From Dehalococcoidia bacterium (GTDB lineage: Bacteria > Chloroflexota > Dehalococcoidia > Lucifugimonadales > UBA3495): a stretch of DNA of 64,000 bases. The stretch covers positions 433,231 through 497,230 of the forward strand of contig OY730415.1 in NCBI GenBank assembly GCA_963422635.1, in the 5' to 3' direction. Of the stretch, positions 1-9,234 are shown piece by piece. Both the position numbers and the translations under genes were made by a program. Below the pieces are notes generated by a model. The model worked only from the letters and a program-made list of their open reading frames with translations. It searched no databases and was not told the origin of the DNA. Position 1 is the stretch's first letter, and every line of letters starts with the position of its first letter.

Positions 1-231
1 AATGCCTTTCGGTGGCCTGGTCGGTAACGGCGGCATCCCCCGGTCGGTAAAAGGCCTTCGCCAACCAAGGCGTAATTTCGCGCCAGCGCCAGCTTCAGTT
101 TACGATATTCTGACAGTAACAGCGTCCTGCCTTGCCCAGGGATTGCTCTGGCCGGTTGCCGCTAGTTGCATACGGTTTTCCTGGAACGGGGGCTGGGCAC
201 GGAGGGGGCCGATGTATCTCAGGAGAGAGCT

Positions 232-522
232 ATGGTACATATAGTGGATCTTAACAACGCCGGCAAGGCGCTGTGCGGCAAAGGGCTATGGAGGGTAACC
301 CCTGCCCCGTTAAATGCGGAGGCGAATTGCTTTGAATGCCTGCAGGCCGGGCCCTCCGTGGGATTGGCGGCCTGGTTGCGCGAACAGGAGCTCGTGGCGG
401 ATGCGCCCGCTTCGACTCAGACCGGCCGGGGAGTAGAATGGTTGCTGGTATTTATTTTCACCATGGCCGGCTCCGCGCTCATCTCCGTGGCAGTGGCTAT
501 AGCGCTGGAAACCTTCTTCTAA
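232..522 (+). CDS. hypothetical small protein with C-terminal transmembrane helix
   Basis: ATG at 232 follows AGGAGAG. Same frame as track ORF 166..522. Cys pairs (CGK...CFEC) are followed by the hydrophobic tail WLLVFIFTMAGSALISVAVAIAL. No family recognised. Confidence 0.35.
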   Translation: MVHIVDLNNAGKALCGKGLWRVTPAPLNAEANCFECLQAGPSVGLAAWLREQELVADAPASTQTGRGVEWLLVFIFTMAGSALISVAVAIALETFF

Positions 523-792
523 GTTAGCGTCGGTTTTGAGCTGAACTGTATATTGGGTAGGCTGGTCGTTATGTTGAGGACGATGATTCGATGGGCGACC
601 ACCTTGATGACAAGACAGCGGAAGTTTTGCGGGAAGAGCCGGTCGTTTAGTCCCATCGGGGCAAACCCCAACTTGGTCGCGAAAACCCAGTCCGTCCTGC
701 GCCGGCGACTATGCCTTCCGTTGACAATAGCCGCCGCAAAAGCCGACAATTCCTTATAATGTGAACCGTCCGGCTTACGGAGGCAAATCGCC

Positions 793-1719
793 GTGCAAGC
801 GCCGGTGAAAAATCCATACCGCAAGGGGCCGCCGGATGCAGTCGGGTTGGCCGCAGCTCAGGCCGCCCAGGACGCAGCCCGCCCGGCGGTGGTAGTCTTG
901 TTCGGTTCCCGAGCTCGGGGCGACTGGCGGAAAGATTCGGACATCGACCTGCTGGTAATTACCGAGACGGAGGATACCAGAACCGCCCAGGGCGCCGCCT
1001 ATCGGGGCGTCCAAGCCTGGGAGAAGCGGCGCCGCTCCGGCCTCCAAGTCGATATCATACCCATGACTCGCCTGCAGTTTGAACGCTGCCGCCGGGCCAA
1101 ACAGCATATCGCCGGCCAAGCCGACACTTACGGGGTGGTTATGAGCGGGGAGGAACTGGAATACCGCAGCAGGTACGAGGACGGGTATCCCGACCACTGG
1201 CCGGCAACCATTAACCGCATTGAGAATGCTGAAATCTGGCTCCGCAACTACAACGAGATGGTTGATGCCAGCCACTGGGATCAAGCCATTATGGGAATGG
1301 CCGCCCAGCAAGCCGTGGAAAATGCCTTGAAAGGCGTCTTGTCCTGTCTCAATGTGGCAACGGGTTACACCCACAACCTTCTAGACACCTGGAAAGAGTT
1401 GCAGAGCTTGGCCCAATTCCGGCAATCAGCGCCGGAGGAACTGCTGATTGCCGGACAGTCCCTGTTTGAATACTTGAAATATCCGGACCCGCAGCGGCCA
1501 GGAGAATCCTTGGACTGGCTCACCGAATACGCGGCCCATTACCGCTACTTCCGGGCTTCCTACGCTATGTCCCAAACCGGTCGGCTGGAGTTGCAAAGCC
1601 TGGTCAATTCCTTGGTGGAATCGCTGGTGTCGCACATCTACCGACTTAGCGGCGCTACTCCCCAAGATGTTTACCCAGACGGGCTGCGCCCCTGGGAACG
1701 CCGCCAGCCGGAAACGTAA
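793..1719 (+). CDS. fused minimal nucleotidyltransferase (MNT) and HEPN domain protein
   Basis: GTG start 9 nt after GGAGG. N-terminal MNT signature VVLFGSRARGDWRKDSDIDLLVITE. C-terminal HEPN-like helix pair AVENALKGVLSCLNVATGYTHNLLDTWKEL. Confidence 0.7.
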   Translation: MQAPVKNPYRKGPPDAVGLAAAQAAQDAARPAVVVLFGSRARGDWRKDSDIDLLVITETEDTRTAQGAAYRGVQAWEKRRRSGLQVDIIPMTRLQFERCRRAKQHIAGQADTYGVVMSGEELEYRSRYEDGYPDHWPATINRIENAEIWLRNYNEMVDASHWDQAIMGMAAQQAVENALKGVLSCLNVATGYTHNLLDTWKELQSLAQFRQSAPEELLIAGQSLFEYLKYPDPQRPGESLDWLTEYAAHYRYFRASYAMSQTGRLELQSLVNSLVESLVSHIYRLSGATPQDVYPDGLRPWERRQPET

Positions 1720-1768
1720 ACCCTCGACGCTGTAACCGGCGCTGTAACGGAAAGGAGAACCCAACATT

Positions 1769-3124
1769 ATGCCCAGACTGCCGCTGGAAGGCATTCGTAT
1801 TCTGGACTCGACCTACGTTTTTGCCTTGCCCTACGCCGGCGGCCACCTGGCCGACCTGGGGGCCGAGGTCATCAAGATTGAGGGGCCGGGCCGGCCGGAT
1901 GTAACCCGCACCGGCGGCTATGCCGGTTCCTTCCCAGAAAATGAGGCCGGCGAGGACTGGTGGAACCGGCCCTCTACCTACAACTTGCTGAACCGAGGCA
2001 AACGCTCCTTGGTCCTAGATATGGCCGACGAGCGGGGGCGCAACCTGTTCCGGCAGCTAGTGGCGGTCAGCGATGTGGTGATGGAAAACTTTACGCCCCG
2101 GGTTATGCGCCGCTGGAACCTGGACTATCCTAACCTGCGGAAAATCAAGCCGGACGTCATCCTGGTGTCCAATACCGGCTACGGACATGGCGACGGCCCC
2201 TATTCGGGTTATCCGGCGCAGGCCACCACCCAGGAAGGGACGCACGGCCATTGCTGGGTTACTGGCTACCCGGACGGCGAGCCGGCCAAGGCCGGGGCCT
2301 CCTTTGTGGACTTTCTCTCCACTTGGAGCGCAATTTTTGCGCTGGGCGCGGCCCTGCGCTACCGTAGCCGCACCGGGAAGGGGCAGTGGATTGACCTTGC
2401 GATGTACCAAGCTGGGGTGATGTTCCTATCGGAGTATGTGCTGGACGCCATCGCCAACGGACGCGAGGGGGGGCGTAGCGGCAACCGGCACCCCCACCGC
2501 GCCCCCCAGGGCTGCTACCCGGCTCAGGGCAAAGACCAGTGGATAACCCTGTCGGTAGGCAGCGATGAGGAATGGCAGGCTCTGTGCGGCCTGCTGAAGC
2601 GGGAGGACCTGGCCGCCGCCCCGCGCTTTGCCGACCTGCTGGGCCGGCAGCGCAATCACGACGAAATTGACGAAATAATCCGAGACTGGGCGGCGCGACA
2701 GGACAAGTACGACTTGATGCACCAGCTTCAGGGCGTTGGCATCCCGTCCGGGCCGGTGCTTACCGGACGGGACATCCACTTTGACCCCCACTACCAGAGC
2801 CGGGGTTTTCTGGAACGGGTGGACTTTCCCCCAGAGCGGGGAGTGGGAACCCGCCCGCTAATGGGGCGTCCCTACCAGTTTTCCAACACTCCCTTGTCCA
2901 TCCGGGGGCCGGGGCCAACCTTCGGCCAGGACAACGAGGCGCTACTGCGAGACTTGCTAGGGCTGGACGCCGCCACCTACCAGGAGCTGGCGCAGGATAC
3001 GATAATCGCCGACACGCCGACCAGCGGCGAGGCCTCGCCACAAACTGAACCGGCCCGGGCGGTGGAAATGGGCCTCTTGGCCGCCTACGACCCGTACTAC
3101 CGGGAGCGGCTGGGACTGCTCTAG
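1769..3124 (+). CDS. CoA transferase, family III (CaiB/BaiF type)
   Basis: N-terminus LEGIRILDSTYVFALPYAGGHLADLGAEVIKIEGPGRPDVTR is the typical family III signature. Good SD (AAAGGAGAA). 451 aa. Confidence 0.85.
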   Translation: MPRLPLEGIRILDSTYVFALPYAGGHLADLGAEVIKIEGPGRPDVTRTGGYAGSFPENEAGEDWWNRPSTYNLLNRGKRSLVLDMADERGRNLFRQLVAVSDVVMENFTPRVMRRWNLDYPNLRKIKPDVILVSNTGYGHGDGPYSGYPAQATTQEGTHGHCWVTGYPDGEPAKAGASFVDFLSTWSAIFALGAALRYRSRTGKGQWIDLAMYQAGVMFLSEYVLDAIANGREGGRSGNRHPHRAPQGCYPAQGKDQWITLSVGSDEEWQALCGLLKREDLAAAPRFADLLGRQRNHDEIDEIIRDWAARQDKYDLMHQLQGVGIPSGPVLTGRDIHFDPHYQSRGFLERVDFPPERGVGTRPLMGRPYQFSNTPLSIRGPGPTFGQDNEALLRDLLGLDAATYQELAQDTIIADTPTSGEASPQTEPARAVEMGLLAAYDPYYRERLGLL

Positions 3125-3564
3125 GGTTGGCGCTTTTTTCGCTTCGGGCTTGTCGAAGTGCCGCGTTTAACCTGGGCTGGGCTGAGGGCATTGCTATTCA
3201 CCAGGGTAGGCCAATCTAAGGGGGCGAAGGGCTGATTCGGGCGGGCAGCCCGCCGGGCAGCCGCGGCGCTGCGGCGAGGGAATCCCGGGGCGGCCCCAGG
3301 GAGCCTATCCCGACAATGCGCCCCCTTGGTGAATGGCGTAGAGGCTACGGCCACCCGAGAGCCAGCCGCATACGCTCCGAGGGAGCGGGACCTGCCAGGA
3401 GTGGCGACGTCCGCTGCGGGCGCAAAACCCCGGAACGGCGGCAAACGCCGCTGGCAAACCTTCACCGGCTTCCAGCCGATCCATACCCCGGATATAACCA
3501 GCTTCCAGAGAATCGAAAGACCCGGCTTTTCCGCCGGGGTAGAGCTATCGAAAGGGCCGGGGTA

Positions 3565-3573
3565 TGTTATAAT
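3565..3573 (+). promoter_or_regulatory. candidate extended -10 promoter element (TGtTATAAT) for the SDR gene
   Basis: TGTTATAAT lies about 68 nt upstream of the ATG at 3641, at the end of a ~515-nt non-coding stretch. No convincing -35 box. Confidence 0.3.
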
Positions 3574-3640
3574 TGGCGGCCAGCGTTATGTTAGCCCGGC
3601 CTTTCTGGAGGGTCCGGAGCGGAAAGAGGGGGAAACTGGT

Positions 3641-4432
3641 ATGGACTTGGAGCTTAAGGATAAGGTAGCTATCATCGGCGGGGCCAGCAAGGGTTTGGGG
3701 CGGGCCTGCGCCGATGTGCTGGCGGAAGAGGGCGCCAAACTCGCTATTTGCAGCCGCACGGCTGCCGACCTGGAGCAGGCGGCGGCGGAGATTCGCGATG
3801 CGACCGGGGCCGAAGCGCTGGCCTTGCCCGCCGACCTGGAAGACTATGACAGCATCAAAAAGCTGGTGGAAGCCACGGTCAGCCACTACGGGCAACTGGA
3901 TATTATGGTGAACAACTCTGGCGGGCCGCCGCTGGCTCGTTCCGAAACGGCTACCGAGGAGCAGTGGGAAACGGCGGTGCAGCGGTCGCTATTCTTTTTT
4001 GCGCGGATGTCCCGGGAGGCCATCCCGCATCTGAAGGCGCAGGGCGGCGGCCGTATCGTCAACATCCTAGCCAGCACCGTTTACCAACCCATCCCCAACC
4101 TGGCCCTTTCCGGCGCTACCCGGCTGGGCGCGGTGGCCTATATGAAAAGCCTGGCCGACGAGGTAGGACGGGACGGCATCTTGATTAACAACGTCTGCCC
4201 CGGCTCCATCCTCAGCGAGCGGATGCTCTCCAACGTTACCTCCCGCGCCCAAGAATTGGGCATATCGGTGGAGGAGGGCTTGGCCGAGCGAGCCAAGGAG
4301 ACTGCCGTAGGACGCATCGGCGAACCCAAGGAGCTGGCTTACCTGGTGGCATTTTTGGCTTCGGGCAAGTCCAGCTATATCACCGGCACGACTATTTTGG
4401 TGGACGGCGGATTAGTGCGCTCGGTCATTTAG
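3641..4432 (+). CDS. short-chain dehydrogenase/reductase (SDR)
   Basis: The internal ATG at 3641 after GGAAAGAGGGGGA gives MDLELKDKVAIIGGASKGLGRA (TGxxxGxG-type Rossmann motif) and NNSGG. The upstream part of track ORF 3326.. is not protein-like. Confidence 0.85.
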   Translation: MDLELKDKVAIIGGASKGLGRACADVLAEEGAKLAICSRTAADLEQAAAEIRDATGAEALALPADLEDYDSIKKLVEATVSHYGQLDIMVNNSGGPPLARSETATEEQWETAVQRSLFFFARMSREAIPHLKAQGGGRIVNILASTVYQPIPNLALSGATRLGAVAYMKSLADEVGRDGILINNVCPGSILSERMLSNVTSRAQELGISVEEGLAERAKETAVGRIGEPKELAYLVAFLASGKSSYITGTTILVDGGLVRSVI

Positions 4433-4433
4433 G

Positions 4434-4459
4434 GCTGAACCCGGCCGGTCGGGTTCAGC
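4434..4459 (+). terminator. GC-rich hairpin just after the SDR stop (terminator-like, no U tract)
   Basis: GCTGAACCCG / CGGGTTCAGC form a perfect 10-bp stem with a 6-nt loop, starting 2 nt after the stop at 4432. Confidence 0.35.
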
Positions 4460-4485
4460 TCGGCGGCAGGGCCGGAATGTAGGGT

Positions 4486-4833
4486 ATGAGAGCAAACTTC
4501 ACACCTCCTGAAGAACCAGCGGACGCTGCGGGGTATAACCGGCGGGGCAATCAATACAGCCGGAACGGAGCTTATGAGCAGGCTATTGCCGACTATACGC
4601 AAGCTCTGGAGTTGGACGCTGCGCTGGCTGAAGCGTGGTTTAACCGGGGGGTGTCGTTCTATGAGCTGGGACAATACGAGGATTCCATCGCCGACCTGAC
4701 CCGGGCCATCGAGCTAGACCCAGAGGAGGATAACTACTATGGCCGCCGCTCGTTGGCCTACCTATTCAGCGACCAACCGGAGCAGGCCCAAGCCGACCAA
4801 GACAAATGCGACGAGTTAAGGAACCGGGGGTAG
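4486..4833 (+). CDS. tetratricopeptide repeat (TPR) protein
   Basis: Repeated TPR consensus: AYEQAIADYTQALELDAALAEAWFNRGVSFYELGQYEDSIADLTRAIELDP. Confidence 0.75.
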   Translation: MRANFTPPEEPADAAGYNRRGNQYSRNGAYEQAIADYTQALELDAALAEAWFNRGVSFYELGQYEDSIADLTRAIELDPEEDNYYGRRSLAYLFSDQPEQAQADQDKCDELRNRG

Positions 4834-4968
4834 CGGGCGCTCTATCCGCCCCTGAAAACCTGAAACATCTGTCGCATCACATCAGAAAGCCGACGTCCTT
4901 CCGACATCCGCCACCCACCGGAATCTACCTCAGCCCCTGCCTACCTCCGCTCCGACCTGGTTCCTGGT

Positions 4969-5352
4969 TCAGCTACTAGCGGCAGTTTCGGCGTCCCGGA
5001 TATAGTCTGCCGTAGCGCAAATTTGCCCTTGCGCCAAGTCCTCCGGTTCGCAGTCGCCTTCGTAGAAGCAGTTGCCGTGCAGCGCTCCCATACGGTCGAA
5101 GTAGCGCTGGCGTAGCGACTCCAGCGCGGCGCTTTCCCGGCTCAAAGCCCGAATGCCCCGCGAGGTTTGGCTGGTGTATTCGGGTATTTCCCCGGTGCGG
5201 GCCAGCAGCAGGGAGTCGGTAGCCCTTTTGGTGGCGCCCCACGCCTTTTCGGCGGCGTTGCGGATTTTCCCCAGCTCCAACATTTCCAGGGCGTCGGCGT
5301 AAAGCTGGTAGGAGTCGGCAAAAATGTCGGCGGGCAGCGCAGTAATCAGCAT
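4969..5352 (-). CDS. PaREP1-like (HEPN-superfamily type) small protein, paralog 1
   Basis: 127 aa. Core KIRNAAEKAWGATKRATDSLLLARTGE and LHGNCFYEG. Clear paralog of 13353..13736 (same length, about 80% nt identity in the core by eye). Family name is from memory. Confidence 0.6.
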   Translation of the reverse strand: MLITALPADIFADSYQLYADALEMLELGKIRNAAEKAWGATKRATDSLLLARTGEIPEYTSQTSRGIRALSRESAALESLRQRYFDRMGALHGNCFYEGDCEPEDLAQGQICATADYIRDAETAASS

Positions 5353-5557
5353 CGGTTAATCACCCCTAGCCTTGTGTATCGGGAGGGAGTAGCCCCTGCA
5401 TGGCTGGTCAAGCGGTTTTGATAATCATCAACTTTACCGTACCGGTGGGCGCTCATAATGTCAACGCCAAGCATCGGTTGATCACTTTCGGCCAGCGCCG
5501 GAGGGGAATACGGCCCGGTTACCCAGTCGGTGGCGCGGGCGGTTCGCTAGGGATGTC

Positions 5558-6241
5558 TTAATGGGCATGCATATCGGGGGCGGGCCAGATAATTCGGGGA
5601 GTTTTGCCGGCCTTTCTCCGCTCCACCCGAATGGTTACCTCTGCGATGTTGGCAACCTGTCCTTCAACAGTCAGTTCAACGACTTCTCTTTGGTGACCAT
5701 CACCGTAGCAATCCTGGATTCGGTGGAATGTATTATTGCCCCGCATAGCAGGATGTTGCCCCCCAGCATAACCTGAATTGATGTGTGAAACGGTGATTCG
5801 TTCCAAGTTACGTTCTACTAGCCTGCGGGTATCCAGTATCAGCACATCGTGCTCTAATCCCAGGTACGGTAGTGCATTCAGAATGCTATTAAGCCTTTCT
5901 TCGTTCACCCAGAAGAAGCACCTGCGGTTCAGGGTTTCATACCAATCTTGAGGTGTCAGGCCATCTAACAAGAAAGGTTCCAGCATTGGGGGGGCAATAG
6001 TACGATGGTGGTTTCGTAAGACAGCCCTTTCGTGAACAGGATGCTCAATAGGAACACTTTCCGGGCGATGTTCGCACAATAAATTGTTTCGTTCTTCCCC
6101 TTCAACCCCGTACAGGTCAAGAAGCGCAACAGTACTCAGTAGCCCATGCCTTTTAATACTGTCCCAACTGCCTGCTTCGGCCATGTGGTATAGCTGGGGA
6201 TGTTTTTCGATAAATCGCTCTATCATTATGAATCTTTTCAA
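5558..6241 (-). CDS. DUF7002-like protein with a DarT/Tpt1-like (ADP-ribosyltransferase-fold-like) N-terminal motif
   Basis: HPQLYHMAEAGSWDSIKRHGLLS resembles the DarT/KptA-type first motif (YH.T...SI...GLLS). Later motifs are VSHINSGYAG and REVVELTVEG. The gene is markedly lower in GC than its flanks. Confidence 0.5.
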   Translation of the reverse strand: MKRFIMIERFIEKHPQLYHMAEAGSWDSIKRHGLLSTVALLDLYGVEGEERNNLLCEHRPESVPIEHPVHERAVLRNHHRTIAPPMLEPFLLDGLTPQDWYETLNRRCFFWVNEERLNSILNALPYLGLEHDVLILDTRRLVERNLERITVSHINSGYAGGQHPAMRGNNTFHRIQDCYGDGHQREVVELTVEGQVANIAEVTIRVERRKAGKTPRIIWPAPDMHAH

Positions 6242-6279
6242 CCTCTACTGGCAAAAATGTAACCGGGAGTATCCGGGGT

Positions 6280-6705
6280 TTATTGGGGTGCTGGCCGGAA
6301 GTAAGGCACGGTTACCCGGTCGGTGGCCCTTACAAAGGTTACTTCCACCGGCATTCCGATATACACCTCGCGGGGGTTGCATTCGACGATGTTGGTGAAC
6401 ATCTTTACCCCCTCCTCCAGCTCCACCAAGGCCAGCGCATAAGGCACGTCCTGGTCGAAGCCCGGCGTCCGGTTCTGGTAGGTTACGGTATAAGTCCACA
6501 CCGCTCCTCTGCCGCTGGCCTGAACCCACTTGACGCTTTCGGACCAGCAGTTGGCGCAGATGCCCCGGGGATAGAACTGATACTCCTGGCACCGGTCGCA
6601 CTTCTGAATTAGCAACTGTCCCCGGCGGCAGGACTCCCAGTAGGGCTGGGTTTCGCCGACGATGGTGGGCAGCGGCTTGTTCCATTCCGTCTGTGGTTGC
6701 GTCAT
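6280..6705 (-). CDS. Zn-ribbon/OB-fold protein (DUF35 family), thiolase partner
   Basis: CDRCQEYQFYPRGICANCWS zinc ribbon followed by an OB-fold region. Lies 3 nt downstream of the thiolase-like gene, the classic pair arrangement. Confidence 0.85.
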   Translation of the reverse strand: MTQPQTEWNKPLPTIVGETQPYWESCRRGQLLIQKCDRCQEYQFYPRGICANCWSESVKWVQASGRGAVWTYTVTYQNRTPGFDQDVPYALALVELEEGVKMFTNIVECNPREVYIGMPVEVTFVRATDRVTVPYFRPAPQ

Positions 6706-6708
6706 AGC

Positions 6709-7902
6709 CTAATCCCTCCCCAAAATGGCGGTGCCGCCGCTGTGCCGGGCGCCCAGGGAGCCGCCGGTGCCGTGACAGAGGGCGATTTGGCAGTCCGGCG
6801 CTTGGCGCGGCGTTCCCGCAAACTGATGGCGCAGTTGACGGGTGGCTTCCAGCAGCAGGAAGATACCTCGCATCCCCGGGTGGTTGGAGGACAGGCCGCC
6901 GCCGTCGGTGTTGATGGGCAGCTTGTCGGGCAGTTCGGAGTCCACCCGGAGCCGCCCGCCGGAAACGAAAGCGCCGCCTTCTCCCTTTTCGCAAAAGCCC
7001 AAATCTTCCAGGGTTTCCACCACGGTGATGGTGAAGGAGTCGTAAATCATCGCCATGTCGATGTCCTGGTGGGTAACGCCGGCCATGGCAAAGGCCGGTT
7101 CGTGACTCTGCTTGGCGGCGATATACATCAAGTCCCGCTGGCCGGCGCCTTGGTGGGCAATGGCCTCGCCGACGCCCAGCACCCAGACCGGCGTATGGCG
7201 GCAGTTGCGGGCAACTGCCGGAGAAGCTACCACTACGGCGCCGCCGCCGTCGGTGATGACGCAGCAGTCGGGCAGGTGAAGCGGTGAGGAAATTACTCGG
7301 GAGTTAACCACGTCGTCCACCGTTATCGGGTCGCGGAAAAGGGCTTCCGGGTTCATCGTGGCGTGATAGCGCACCGCCACCGCCACCTCGGCCAACTGCT
7401 CTGAGGTGGTGCCGTAAAGGTGCATGTGCCGCTGGGCAATCATAGCGTAGAGCCCCACAGTAGTCAGGCCGTACAATTCCTCAAAGCTGTCCGGCGACGG
7501 GTCCAAGCGGGGGTGACCATAGCGGCCTACCCCGCCGGTGCCTACGGAGACGCCGCCGGAGCGAGCCAGGCTACTATAGGTGATGACGGCGCAATTAATG
7601 CGCCCGGCGGCGATAGCCGTCAGGGCATGGGAGAGGTGAAACTCGAAGGAGCCGCCGCCTACCGTGGTGTTGTCCACGTATTTGGGATACATATTCAGGT
7701 AGTCGGCCAAGTTCATCCCGCTGTTGCGGATGCTGCTGGAGGCGGTGAAGAGGCCGTCCACGTCCTGCTTGGACAGGCCGGCGTCGGCCAGGGCCTTGAT
7801 GACGCTCTCCCCCTGGATTTGCAGTTCGCTTTTGTCGGGGGCGTAGCGAGTAACGTGCTCGTGGATACCCACTATCGCCGCGCCGCGCTTCAGGTTGACC
7901 AT
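6709..7902 (-). CDS. thiolase-like protein (SCP-x / DUF35-associated acetyl-CoA acetyltransferase family)
   Basis: Start moved to ATG 7902 (MVNLKRGAAIVGIHEH) behind GGAGG. Thiolase-type C-terminal motifs CHGTGGSLG and NTDGGGLS. Confidence 0.85.
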   Translation of the reverse strand: MVNLKRGAAIVGIHEHVTRYAPDKSELQIQGESVIKALADAGLSKQDVDGLFTASSSIRNSGMNLADYLNMYPKYVDNTTVGGGSFEFHLSHALTAIAAGRINCAVITYSSLARSGGVSVGTGGVGRYGHPRLDPSPDSFEELYGLTTVGLYAMIAQRHMHLYGTTSEQLAEVAVAVRYHATMNPEALFRDPITVDDVVNSRVISSPLHLPDCCVITDGGGAVVVASPAVARNCRHTPVWVLGVGEAIAHQGAGQRDLMYIAAKQSHEPAFAMAGVTHQDIDMAMIYDSFTITVVETLEDLGFCEKGEGGAFVSGGRLRVDSELPDKLPINTDGGGLSSNHPGMRGIFLLLEATRQLRHQFAGTPRQAPDCQIALCHGTGGSLGARHSGGTAILGRD

Positions 7903-8236
7903 AAGCTGGAAACCTCCCCAAAGGAGATTAGGAGAATAAGGCAATTATGCCATAGATGGGAGGAAAGGTGGTAACGGCGGATTCCGGGTCTCCAGTCGAA
8001 GTTAATGTAGCCGTCCACCCCGGCATCGGCGCCTTTCTTCTTGTCTTGGGCCGGGCGTCCACCAAGCCCAAAGGCGCCGCTCGAACTGATAGCGTCCGGC
8101 GCGTTCGCTCTTTAACGCTAAAGCTTGGGCGCTTTCCACGTCCCGGGGAATGCCGATTACGCAGATGACGGTGGGGGCGCCGGGGAACGGAGTAGTAAAC
8201 TCTACTATACGTTACGTTACGCTGTCCAGGCATTAC

Positions 8237-9130
8237 CTACAGTTGAAAAGCACCTTGGCCCAACAACTCCGCTGCCATACCGTCCAACAGGGATTCGATG
8301 ACCGGCATCTGTTCCTGGTGGCCGAGGTTCAGGTGCAGGGGGGTTAGGGAGATGCGGTTGTTCTTGACGGCCCACATATCGGTGCCTTCGCCATTGTCGG
8401 CCATTACCGGACGGTTGCGGGCAATCCAGTAGCGCTTCTGGGGTCCAACGCCCTCTGCTCGCACCGATTCGCCGTAGGAACGGCCGCCAGGCCGGGTAAC
8501 TTGCAGGCCGCTAATCTGCGCCAAAGCCAGGCTAGGGACGTTGATGTTAAGCAAAAAGGGCTGACGGCTTTCGGCGTTGCGGCTGCTTTCCTGCCGGGCC
8601 AGCCGTTGGCTGATAAGCCGGAGCAGGGCAGCGGCGCCGTCGAACCGAGGGTTTTGCACTGAGCCGACGGATATGGCGATGGTAGGGTAACCCCGCATAT
8701 AGCCCTGCCAAGCGGCGCCCACGGTGCCGGACACCAGCATATCCCAGCCGAGGTTGGAGCCCGAGTTGATGCCGGATACAACCAAATCGACCGGGCCGAC
8801 CAGTTTTTCCAGCGCCAGAATGCAACTGTCGCCCGGCGTGCCTTCTACGGAAAAGGCGGAAACAGGATGGTGGGTTTCGACGCCATTCGGCACATCCGCA
8901 GCGGTGGCTTCCTCATTGGCGGCGGCGCTCAATCGACCGGCGGCAGAGATTTCTACGGCCTGAACCTTTACCGGGGCGTGCAGGGTGAGGGATGCGCCGA
9001 CGCCACTCTGCTCCCGGTCGGGGGCTACCACAAACAGCTCGCCCACCTGGGCCAGGGCTTGGGCCGCCGCCCAGAGGCCCGGGGCGTGGATTCCGTCATC
9101 GTTGGTCAATAAGGTTTTCAGGGCGATCAT
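8237..9130 (-). CDS. surE: 5'/3'-nucleotidase SurE
   Basis: N-terminal LLTNDDGIHAPGL signature, GTPGDS and SGINSGSN motifs. About 297 aa, with an internal insertion relative to typical SurE. Confidence 0.85.
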   Translation of the reverse strand: MIALKTLLTNDDGIHAPGLWAAAQALAQVGELFVVAPDREQSGVGASLTLHAPVKVQAVEISAAGRLSAAANEEATAADVPNGVETHHPVSAFSVEGTPGDSCILALEKLVGPVDLVVSGINSGSNLGWDMLVSGTVGAAWQGYMRGYPTIAISVGSVQNPRFDGAAALLRLISQRLARQESSRNAESRQPFLLNINVPSLALAQISGLQVTRPGGRSYGESVRAEGVGPQKRYWIARNRPVMADNGEGTDMWAVKNNRISLTPLHLNLGHQEQMPVIESLLDGMAAELLGQGAFQL

Positions 9131-9234
9131 CCTTCTGCGGGATTCCGGTTTGATTGGACAACGGGACGGGTTTCAAGTCCGTCCCGTTGTTGGGTTGCTT
9201 CGGGAATAGCGGTCAAGCCGGGCTGTCGCCGCCG

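Noticed and set aside
1-170. Possible GrpB-like C-terminal fragment on the minus strand (…LLLSEYRKLKLALARNYA…).
   Set aside because: It is very short, lies at the window edge, has no start, and breaks frame after about 20 residues. This is insufficient to support a call.
3125-3640. A 515-nt GC-rich non-coding stretch before the SDR gene. I looked for tmRNA, RNase P, SRP RNA and ZTP-like or other riboswitch signatures.
   Set aside because: Only vague resemblances were seen (for example GGGCTGATTCGGGCGGG, CCGCCGGGCA). None of the diagnostic conserved blocks or a T-arm/acceptor pairing is present. The track ORFs here (3121..3465, 3316..3594, upstream part of 3326..) are not protein-like. Left unannotated except for a weak -10 call.
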